From NCBI GenBank assembly GCA_011056555.1, contig DSEQ01000025.1, positions 3,736-67,735 on the forward strand: 64,000 bases of DNA, in the 5' to 3' direction. A model generated the notes under the pieces. The model saw nothing but the letters and a program-made list of their open reading frames with translations. It searched no databases and was not told the origin of the DNA. This document shows, one piece after another, positions 49,855-57,376 of the stretch. How positions within the stretch are numbered: position 1 is the stretch's first letter; each line of letters opens with the position of its first letter. Source of the stretch: Candidatus Zixiibacteriota bacterium. GTDB taxonomy: Bacteria; Zixibacteria; MSB-5A5; JAABVY01. A program made the translations under genes and the position numbers.

Positions 49855-50079
49855 ATGCCCCTCACGCAGGGAGACCCAGTAAAAATGTATTGGGATTCTA
49901 CACTTAACGCTTTTTGGAATGTGGAATATAATGGGGGGCCACCCTTTTGGTTTATATTGAGCCGCGATCTCTCCACTACCGGCGGACTTATGATAACCAT
50001 AGTCAGGACAGAAAAATCCGCCATTGAATCTGGGGGATATGCCTGGCGTTAAACTGGATCTTCCCTGCGTGAAGGGCAT
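49855..50079. repeat. Imperfect 27-bp inverted repeat pair bounding 225 bp
   Basis: ATGCCCCTCACGCAGGGAGACCCAGT (49855-49880) versus the reverse complement of 50053-50079, ATGCCCTTCACGCAGGGAAGATCCAGT. Confidence 0.65.
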
Positions 50080-50279
50080 ACCGGCTTGTATGCGACCCCA
50101 TTCCTCGATTCTTTTACTCGGCTTCTCTTCAATTAAATGTAACAAGTTTTCTTTTCCCTCTTTTTCTTTGCTGACATAAGAAACGGGAATCTATCTGCAA
50201 AATCAATACTAATAGATTGTATAGATAATGCGTATTGCTGATACGCATTAGAGGAATTGAAGGTAATGTTTCTGCAGGT

Positions 50280-50948
50280 CTAAGCGTTCTTCTTTCGTGA
50301 GACCTGCTCGCGCAGCCAGTCACACCAGAGATTAAGGTTGTCTCCTGTGCGGCAGGAAATGCGCATGATATGCAGGCTGCCATTGATCTGCCGGGCATTC
50401 TTTTCAGCTTTATCGATATCGAAATCGGATAATCCCAGAAGATCGATCTTGTTTATCACCAGGGCTGATGACTTTCGAAACATGGCCGGGTACTTGAGCG
50501 GTTTATCATCCCCCTCGGTGGTACTGATCAGAACCACTTTCATATCCTCTCCCAGATCAAACCCGGATGGACATACCAGATTGCCCACATTTTCTATGAA
50601 AAGCAGATCGAGAGAATCGGTATCTATCTTCTCTAAGGCTTTGCCCAGCATGCGCGCATCCAGATGGCAGGCGCCCCCGGTTATAATCGGGCGGACAATT
50701 TTTCCGCCCGCACGCTCGAGCCTTATGGCGTCGTTCTCGGTCTGGACATCTCCTGCGATCAGGCCAATCCTGAATTCATCTTTCAAAAGCGAAAGCGTTT
50801 TTTCCAGCAGGCTTGTTTTGCCTGATCCCGGGGAGCTCACAAGGTTTAATGCCAATATTTTTCTTGCTCCCAGATCTTTTCTTATCTGAGCCGCCAGCTT
50901 ATCATTTTCAGACAGCACTTTTTCTTCTACCTGCACTCTCTCAGCCAT
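50280..50948 (-). CDS. hypB: Hydrogenase nickel incorporation GTPase HypB
   Basis: SSPGSGKT, ACHLDA, ENVGNLVCP, EGDDKPLKYP, NKID. Confidence 0.97.
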   Translation of the reverse strand: MAERVQVEEKVLSENDKLAAQIRKDLGARKILALNLVSSPGSGKTSLLEKTLSLLKDEFRIGLIAGDVQTENDAIRLERAGGKIVRPIITGGACHLDARMLGKALEKIDTDSLDLLFIENVGNLVCPSGFDLGEDMKVVLISTTEGDDKPLKYPAMFRKSSALVINKIDLLGLSDFDIDKAEKNARQINGSLHIMRISCRTGDNLNLWCDWLREQVSRKKNA

Positions 50949-50969
50949 GTTTTCCTCAATACTTCAATG

Positions 50970-51311
50970 CTACTCAAAAGTCAGATGTGTAATTATCAGT
51001 TCCTCACCCTTGCGGACTTCCACTTCGTAAGATCCGCACCCGGGACAGATAAAAACAAATTCATCAATTATAAACTCTCTGCCGCATGACCGGCAAACAG
51101 CCTCGATCGAAACAGTCTCGATTTTCAACTCTGTCCCCGAAAGCTCCGTTTCTTTCTTCAACATATCAAAGGCAAAGCGCAGCGATTCCGGGTCGATACA
51201 ACTCAATTTTCCGACTTTGACTCCGATCTCTTTTAAGACGTTGAAATTACGGCTCTGCATCTCCTGTTGGGAAAAACTGATTATCTCCCGGGCCACTCTC
51301 ATTTCATGCAC
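50970..51311 (-). CDS. hypA: Hydrogenase nickel metallochaperone HypA
   Basis: GTG start gives MHE; CRSC and CPGC motifs; GEEL. Confidence 0.93.
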   Translation of the reverse strand: MHEMRVAREIISFSQQEMQSRNFNVLKEIGVKVGKLSCIDPESLRFAFDMLKKETELSGTELKIETVSIEAVCRSCGREFIIDEFVFICPGCGSYEVEVRKGEELIITHLTFE

Positions 51312-51434
51312 GCTGATATCCCGCTTGCAGCTTTTTATCTCCAAGCTACCGACGGGTAGGATATTGTCAAATGAAAAAATGTAATGACAGAATTATAAAT
51401 ATATCAGCCCGAAAACAGGAGGTCTGGAATGTTT

Positions 51435-52436
51435 TTAAGATGTCTTAATTTCATGGCACTTATCCGCGAGGGCGGTCAATTCCTCGTATCCCCATATGCC
51501 ACGGTCGTTAAGCAGTTTTGTCAGGTGTTTTGGAAGCGCTTCTTCGCCATTATGTGCTCCGGCTACAGCCCCGGTCATGGCACCCGTGGTATCTACATCC
51601 CCGCCAATAGAAACTGCGGTCGAAATCGCATCCCAATAGCTGTCCTTATAGCGCAAAAAGCTGTAAAGGCTCCAGAGCACGCTGCTTATCACGAAAGGTG
51701 ATATCCCCGGCCATCCATCAACATAATCCGGGGATTTACCGGCACGGCTAATAGGAGCAAGCGCCTTGTGCGGAGGCAGAAGTATCCAGTCTTTGAGCGC
51801 CAGAGTCAACTTCGAAAATTCGTCATCATAATAGGCCATCCACTTCGCGATATTCTCGATAAAAGCGTCAGTGTCTTCAGCCTGCCCGGTAAGAGCCATA
51901 GCTGTGGCCCCGGCAATGGCGACTGATCCCGCCGAACAGCGCGTATCCTTATGCGTTATCCAGCCCTGGGTATGGGCGACTTTTATCATTTCTTCGGCAT
52001 CATCATAATGGAACATCCCTACCGGTGCTGCGCGCATCGCTGTTCCGTTGCCGGCCGAGGGCGGCGGTTCTCCCGACCTCTTCCAGCTCACTCCTCTGGC
52101 GAGATTCCTTGCCGCTTTGGCCGTGGCCAGGCCCTGCCCTACGATACGGTTTTCACGGAAAATCGCCTCGATTCTCTCAGCATAATCTTTGGGATCAAAA
52201 CCGCCTTTTTCGATCATGCTCTCGAGCAGTTCACGGGCCAGCTGAGAATCGTCGGTATATTGCCCGGACCATTCAATCCGGTTCGGCTCAAAACCGTCAA
52301 ACCAATGCTTGGCCTTATTAAAAATGAAGCTGCTGCAGTCATTTTCATCACGGCCTTCAATCGGAAATCCAAGCGCATCGCCAAGGCACTGGCCGAGAAG
52401 ACATCCCCTGAACTTTGTTTTAGATGGTTTTAACAT
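51435..52436 (-). CDS. ADP-ribosylglycohydrolase (DraG family)
   Basis: GDALG...E, YTDDSQ, GNG.AMR, ITH, GGDVDT. Confidence 0.92.
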   Translation of the reverse strand: MLKPSKTKFRGCLLGQCLGDALGFPIEGRDENDCSSFIFNKAKHWFDGFEPNRIEWSGQYTDDSQLARELLESMIEKGGFDPKDYAERIEAIFRENRIVGQGLATAKAARNLARGVSWKRSGEPPPSAGNGTAMRAAPVGMFHYDDAEEMIKVAHTQGWITHKDTRCSAGSVAIAGATAMALTGQAEDTDAFIENIAKWMAYYDDEFSKLTLALKDWILLPPHKALAPISRAGKSPDYVDGWPGISPFVISSVLWSLYSFLRYKDSYWDAISTAVSIGGDVDTTGAMTGAVAGAHNGEEALPKHLTKLLNDRGIWGYEELTALADKCHEIKTS

Positions 52437-52625
52437 ATAATCTCAGGATATATTAACACATGGATGCAGATAAAAAAAGCAATTTCTGCGACGATTTGAT
52501 TAGAAAGATCGCTTTCTCAAACAGCCCGGCTTACGGCTTTTAAGTTTTTTTTATTTTCTCAACTTTTTTCGTTATTCCTCAGCATTTTGAAGGCCCTTAC
52601 TGCATGAACAAAATTAATTTTATTC

Positions 52626-52654
52626 TTGTCTAATTTGAATGATTAATATATACT
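52626..52654 (+). promoter_or_regulatory. Sigma70-type promoter in a long intergenic region
   Basis: TTGTCT-17 nt-TATACT. Confidence 0.5.
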
Positions 52655-52758
52655 ACAACAGGTTAGACATATTTTGAGATTGCGGAAAAAGGAGGTTTTG
52701 GAGTGTCAACAGGGCCGGAAACCCAATTAAAAAAAGTTGAAAAATTGTAAATTTAGTG

Positions 52759-52786
52759 TTGACAAGTGGTAAATATATAGTACATT
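52759..52786 (+). promoter_or_regulatory. Sigma70 promoter of sRNA copy 1
   Basis: TTGACA-16 nt-TACATT. Confidence 0.65.
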
Positions 52787-52792
52787 TATGTT

Positions 52793-52865
52793 ACCCCTTT
52801 CATTTAAACCTACCCTATAAGATGTGGTGTCTATGGACCGGCTCCTGCTAGCCGGTCTTTTATTT
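52793..52865 (+). ncRNA. Candidate small RNA, sibling copy 1
   Basis: Own promoter, conserved core TAAACCTACC...TGTGGTGTCTA, terminator GACCGGCT/AGCCGGTC plus T run. Confidence 0.65.
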
Positions 52866-53236
52866 ATTTAAATATGAAAGTTGTGCAAAAAGAAATTCCT
52901 CTTATGCATCGCAGCAGTTTTCTTGCGCTATAAACGACAATTATCAGAAAAATTACACTACTGTTCGTCGACCGAGATCAGCCAGCATCAAAAATTTGAT
53001 CGGAACTATATAAATTCATCCCATCAAAGTCTTCCCCGTTTTAATCTTTAATTCCGAGATAGACATTTCATTCATTCAGGGTGCGATTCATCCTTGTTTT
53101 TTTGCATTTTGGGCATTAAATAGGATCCGGATACTTAAATCTCAAAGAACTCCGGACATTTAAGTTGATACGGACTATACTTTTAGAAATATTTCGCGGA
53201 TTAATGAAATTTTTTGATGATTCCGGTTCAAAAACA

Positions 53237-53265
53237 TTGACATCATGAATCCACATAATTATATT
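53237..53265 (+). promoter_or_regulatory. Sigma70 promoter of sRNA copy 2
   Basis: TTGACA-17 nt-TATATT. Confidence 0.7.
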
Positions 53266-53270
53266 CAGAT

Positions 53271-53342
53271 ACCCTTTTCGTTAAACCTACCTTAAAATTG
53301 TGGTGTCTAGGACCGGTTCCTACCTGCCGGTCCGCTTTTTTT
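53271..53342 (+). ncRNA. Candidate small RNA, sibling copy 2
   Basis: Own promoter, same core as copy 1, terminator GGACCGG/CCGGTCC plus T7. Confidence 0.65.
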
Positions 53343-53444
53343 ATAATTCCAATAATGGAAACCAGTGAATTTAAACTTGTTGAATGAACTCGACTTTTGT
53401 ATCCTGTTTCTACTTATTTTATTTGGTGCCGGATAATGGGTAAT

Positions 53445-54878
53445 ATGAAATGCTTCTGGAAGATATTTGTTGCGCTTTTGGCTTTGCTTTTAGTGTCGTG
53501 CGGTGGTCATGACAGATCCTCGGACGTCAAAGAAGTAAACCTGGATCTTGCTGCGATCAAAAAAAGCGGATCTCTGAGGGCTATAACCACCTATGGCGCC
53601 ACCAGCTACTTCATATATCGCGGGCGGCCGATGGGGTATGAATATGAGCTCTTGACACGTCTGGCCGAGCATCTCAATCTCAATCTGGAAATAGTGATTG
53701 CCAAAAATCTCGACAGCCTGATAAGCATGCTGAAAAAGGGCGATGGCGATATCATAGCTCATGGCCTGGCAATAACCCGGCAGAGAAAAGAACGGGTAGC
53801 ATTCGCCACCCCTCACACCGTCACCCGTCAGGTTCTGGTGCAGAGGCTGCCCGAAAACTGGCGCGATATGAAGCTGCACGAGATAGAAGACGCCCTGATC
53901 CGCAATCCGATAGATTTGATCGGCAAAAAAGTGCACGTGCGCAGAAATACGTCCTATTACCAGCGCCTTATTAATCTTTCCGAGGAGATAGGGGACGAAA
54001 TCGATATCGAACTTGCCCCGGGCGATCTTGCCACCGAGGATTTGATAGCAATGGTGGCTGAAGGGGAGATCGATTATACTGTCGCTGATCAATATATAGC
54101 GGCTATAAACAAGACCTATTATCCCGACCTCGATATAAAAACCGTCATAAGTTTTCCTCAGCGCATAGCCTGGGCTATCCGTAAATCCTCGCCGCAGTTA
54201 CTGGAAGCGGTAAATGACTGGATTTACGAAATGAAGAAGGGGCTGGATTATCATGTTTTATATAACAAATATTTCAAGAACACAAAGGCCTTCAAACGGC
54301 GTAAAGAATTCTCTTCATACCCCGGGGGCAGGATTTCGGCCTATGATGATCAGATCAAGAAGCATGCCGCTATGCTTAATTGGGACTGGAGCCTGCTGGC
54401 TTCCATGATTTATCAGGAATCGAGATTCGATCCCGAGACGGAATCATGGGCTGGTGCAAAAGGCCTGATGCAGCTCATGCCTGCCATGACCGAGCGATTC
54501 GGGTTAGAGGACCCATCCGATCCGCAAGAAAACATTGAAGCCGGTACCAGGTATCTTCTCTACCTAAAGGAGCTGTGGGGAATAATCCCGGACAGTCTGG
54601 AACGCATAAAGTTCATCCTGGCCTCATATAATGTGGGCGAAAATCATGTCAGTGACGCCCGGCGGCTGGCCGATAAATATGGCGCCGACCCTGATCTCTG
54701 GGAAGGAAATGTCGCCAAATACCTGCGCCTGAAATCGAAGAAAAAATATTATAACGATGCAGTGGTAAAATACGGTTACTGCCGAGGCGATGAGCCGTAC
54801 AAATATGTCAAGGAGATATTTGAAAGATACGAGCACTACCGCAGGGTGATTGAGTTTAATTCAAAGCCGGGGACTTAG
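53445..54878 (+). CDS. mltF: MltF-like lytic transglycosylase (SBP family 3 + SLT domain) lipoprotein
   Basis: Lipobox LLVSC, YF.YRG.PMGYEY, YQESRF, GAKGLMQLMP, ASYN.G. Confidence 0.88.
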   Translation: MKCFWKIFVALLALLLVSCGGHDRSSDVKEVNLDLAAIKKSGSLRAITTYGATSYFIYRGRPMGYEYELLTRLAEHLNLNLEIVIAKNLDSLISMLKKGDGDIIAHGLAITRQRKERVAFATPHTVTRQVLVQRLPENWRDMKLHEIEDALIRNPIDLIGKKVHVRRNTSYYQRLINLSEEIGDEIDIELAPGDLATEDLIAMVAEGEIDYTVADQYIAAINKTYYPDLDIKTVISFPQRIAWAIRKSSPQLLEAVNDWIYEMKKGLDYHVLYNKYFKNTKAFKRRKEFSSYPGGRISAYDDQIKKHAAMLNWDWSLLASMIYQESRFDPETESWAGAKGLMQLMPAMTERFGLEDPSDPQENIEAGTRYLLYLKELWGIIPDSLERIKFILASYNVGENHVSDARRLADKYGADPDLWEGNVAKYLRLKSKKKYYNDAVVKYGYCRGDEPYKYVKEIFERYEHYRRVIEFNSKPGT

Positions 54879-55474
54879 TTTCTTTTCTTGCCGAATTTCG
54901 AAAGGTAGTCAACCACGCCGTCAGTGGTCGGTTTCATGCCTTGCCTGCCTTCTTCCCAGTTGGCCGGACAGACATTGCCGCTCTTCTCATGAAACCTGAG
55001 GGCATCAACCATGCGAAGCGCTTCCGGGATGCTCCGTCCGAGCGCATTGTCATTGACTACACAATGGCGAATGATACCTTCCTTATCTATCAGGAACAGT
55101 CCCCTGAGGGCGGTTCCATCGCTCAGAAGCACGCCGTAGTCCCGGGCGATGTTTTTTTTGAGGTCGGACACCAGGGGATAGCGAATCTGACCTATACCGC
55201 CCTGATCGACCGCGGTCTTTTTCCAGGCCAGGTGGGTATACTCGGAATCCACTGAGACACCTACCACCTCGGTCTCCCTCTCCCTGAATTTATCCAGAGC
55301 CTCTTCGAAAGCCAAAATCTCCGAGGGGCAGACGAAAGTGAAGTCAAGCGGATAAAAGAACAGTATTACATACATGCCGCGCATGGATGAGAGATTGAAT
55401 CTGGCAAAGCTGTTATCGCCCATGACAGCGGTGGCTATGAAATCGGGGGCCTCTTTGGTCACCAAGAATGACAT
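54875..55474 (-). CDS. ahpC: 2-Cys peroxiredoxin (AhpC/Tsa)
   Basis: FFYPLDFTFVCPSE, RGLFLID, VCPANW. Confidence 0.95.
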   Translation of the reverse strand: MSFLVTKEAPDFIATAVMGDNSFARFNLSSMRGMYVILFFYPLDFTFVCPSEILAFEEALDKFRERETEVVGVSVDSEYTHLAWKKTAVDQGGIGQIRYPLVSDLKKNIARDYGVLLSDGTALRGLFLIDKEGIIRHCVVNDNALGRSIPEALRMVDALRFHEKSGNVCPANWEEGRQGMKPTTDGVVDYLSKFGKKRN

Positions 55475-55493
55475 TTAAATATCCTGTCTATGC

Positions 55494-55524
55494 AAATCCA
55501 TGCCGGTCATCCCGGCATGGATTT
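55494..55524. terminator. Perfect 13-bp stem-loop just upstream of the peroxiredoxin start
   Basis: AAATCCATGCCGG-TCATC-CCGGCATGGATTT. Confidence 0.6.
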
Positions 55525-55570
55525 ATTTCCAGATTAAATTCATGACGCTATCCTGCGCCCTCTCAGATCT

Positions 55571-55744
55571 TTAGTCGTTCTGAGGATTGGCGGATTCGTC
55601 GACGCAGATCATCTTAAGCTGATCTTCATTACCCTGATCAATATGCTTCAGGGAGTCGACCGGGCAAAGGTAAGTATTGCCTGAATCGGCCTTGATCCAC
55701 TTTACGCTCAATTCTTTCTTGAACTCTTTCATCTCTTCTGTCAT
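55571..55744 (-). CDS. 57-aa hypothetical protein with two Cys (below the ORF-track cutoff)
   Basis: AAGGAGA RBS 6 nt before ATG; MTEEMKEFKKELSVKWIKADSGNTYLCPVDSLKHIDQGNEDQLKMICVDESANPQND. Confidence 0.8.
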   Translation of the reverse strand: MTEEMKEFKKELSVKWIKADSGNTYLCPVDSLKHIDQGNEDQLKMICVDESANPQND

Positions 55745-55839
55745 GCCATTTCTCCTTTTTCTAATTATTGATTCTTCGCAGCATTGCGAATATTTTTAAA
55801 ATAGATAAACCTCTTTAATTTTTAGATGGTTCCCGGCAA

Positions 55840-56211
55840 TTATTCCATTTCTTCCTGATTCTCGATATGGGCCCGCACCTCATCCATATCCACCCCCATA
55901 GCCTGATTAACCACACCCTCCAGACCGGACTCATCCAGATAACCGGGCTGCATGAAAAGCATAATCTCATCCCTGAAGAGAATTAACGTGGGGATATGCT
56001 CCACCCCCAGTTTGTCGGTTGCCTCCTTCTGCTCCTGAGTATTGAGCTTTGCGAAGGTATATTCAGGAAATTTCTCCGCCACTTTTTCAAAAACCGGTTG
56101 AAATTCCTTACAGGCTCCACACCAGGGGGCCCAGCAGTCAATCACAAGGATTTCTGAATTAGAAAGCAGCTCATTGAAATTTTCTTTAGTCAGATTAATC
56201 AGGTTCATCAT
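55840..56211 (-). CDS. Thioredoxin
   Basis: DCWAPWCGACK, cis-Pro IPTL. Confidence 0.9.
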   Translation of the reverse strand: MMNLINLTKENFNELLSNSEILVIDCWAPWCGACKEFQPVFEKVAEKFPEYTFAKLNTQEQKEATDKLGVEHIPTLILFRDEIMLFMQPGYLDESGLEGVVNQAMGVDMDEVRAHIENQEEME

Positions 56212-56294
56212 ATCCCTTCTAATGTACTAGCTCGGTAACCCGGATAATACCGCATTGGTTCCGGCGAAAAGAAAATAAAAATAGAAAAAAACTC

Positions 56295-56323
56295 TTGACA
56301 AACAGGAGTAATTACTAAATAGT
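56295..56323 (+). promoter_or_regulatory. Promoter of perR-rbr with an overlapping palindrome (possible autorepression site)
   Basis: TTGACA-17 nt-AATAGT; AGTAATTACT palindrome at 56307-56316. Confidence 0.5.
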
Positions 56324-56336
56324 AGCTGTTGGCAAA

Positions 56337-56816
56337 ATGGCAGAAGATCAACTACAATCATTTTTAAATCGCTGCCGGGAGCATGGGCTCAAGATCACTC
56401 CCCAGCGCACGGCCATATATGAAATGCTCTGCGGTTCGCGGAAGCATCCCACGGCCGAGCATATATATGCGGAAATCAGGAATAGCTATCCGAATATCTC
56501 ATTTGATACTGTTAATCGAACCCTGAAAACATTCGCAGAGATCGGCCTGACCGGCGTAGTCGAGGGTCACGGCGGGCCGCGCCGTTACGATCCCAACCTT
56601 GAGAGCCACCATCATATCCATTGTGTCCGATGCCGTGAGATATTTGATTTTCAGAGCGACGAGCTGGATAACCTGGAAATCCCGCCGGAAATCAAACAAG
56701 AATATAGAATTTTAAACAAGAGAGTTGTACTGAATGCGGTATGCAGGAGATGCCGCAGAAGGAGCCATATCAAAAAGCAGAGGCAGAAAAAAGGAGCAAG
56801 CAATGAGCAAGACTGA
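56337..56816 (+). CDS. perR: Fur-family regulator, probably PerR
   Basis: LKITPQR, HPTAE, TV.R.L, H.H..CVRC..I.D, CRRC; located among peroxide-defence genes. Confidence 0.85.
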   Translation: MAEDQLQSFLNRCREHGLKITPQRTAIYEMLCGSRKHPTAEHIYAEIRNSYPNISFDTVNRTLKTFAEIGLTGVVEGHGGPRRYDPNLESHHHIHCVRCREIFDFQSDELDNLEIPPEIKQEYRILNKRVVLNAVCRRCRRRSHIKKQRQKKGASNEQD

Positions 56817-57330
56817 TGAAAACCTGAAAGCCGCTTTTGCGGGAGAATCCCAGGCCCGCAACAAATACACCTTTTTTGCCCAGGTGGCCAGGAAAGAGGG
56901 CCTGCATTACATCGCCAAGATCTTTGAGGAAACCGCCGAGAACGAAAAGCGTCACGCCAAGGATGAATTTGTGCTGTTGGATGGTCTCGGCGATACGGCG
57001 GCCAATCTGGATGAGGCCATCAACGGCGAGCAGTACGAAACCATCACCATGTATCCCGAGTTCGCTGAACAGGCCAAGGAAGACGGCAATATGGCGGCCG
57101 CCCGGCTTTTTATGCAGATTGCCAAAGTGGAAGCGCATCATCGCGACCGCTACCGGAAATTACTGGAAAGAGTAAAAAACGGTACCGTCTATAAGCGTGA
57201 TGAGCCGATCAAATGGAAATGCAGTGTCTGCGGTTATATCCATGAAGGCACCCAGCCTCCCGGAAAATGCCCCTGCTGCCAGCATCCCAAAGAATATTAC
57301 GAACCGGCGGACATGGAAACCGATATTTAG
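56803..57330 (+). CDS. rbr: Rubrerythrin
   Basis: AAGGAG RBS; NL.AAFAGESQARNKY, E..HA, E..E...MYP, E.HH, WKCSVCGY...CPCC. Confidence 0.95.
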   Translation: MSKTDENLKAAFAGESQARNKYTFFAQVARKEGLHYIAKIFEETAENEKRHAKDEFVLLDGLGDTAANLDEAINGEQYETITMYPEFAEQAKEDGNMAAARLFMQIAKVEAHHRDRYRKLLERVKNGTVYKRDEPIKWKCSVCGYIHEGTQPPGKCPCCQHPKEYYEPADMETDI

Positions 57331-57376
57331 GAGCATCCGGGGCAGCGGTTCATATCTGCGGACGTATTTAACGGAT

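Noticed and set aside
49886-49935. Additional Cus-type enhancer boxes (TGTATTGGGATTCTACA, TGTGGAATATAATG)
   Set aside because: Wrong spacing or half-site matches only, and no sigma54 promoter found nearby.
49777-50145. ORFs 49777..50145 (-) and 49855..50052 (+)
   Set aside because: No convincing RBS or protein features; probably chance ORFs in structured intergenic DNA.
51435-52436. DraT/DraG-like ADP-ribosylation control of the hydrogenase
   Set aside because: Only adjacency to hypA supports it; no ADP-ribosyltransferase is seen and the family is common.
52703-52750. Type I toxin
   Set aside because: The peptide is hydrophilic and only 15 aa, unlike membrane-active type I toxins; kept only as a weak sORF.
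52793-53342. CRISPR mini-array or type III toxin-antitoxin repeats
   Set aside because: There are only two copies, 478 bp apart, each separately promoted and terminated, with no cas or toxN-like gene nearby.
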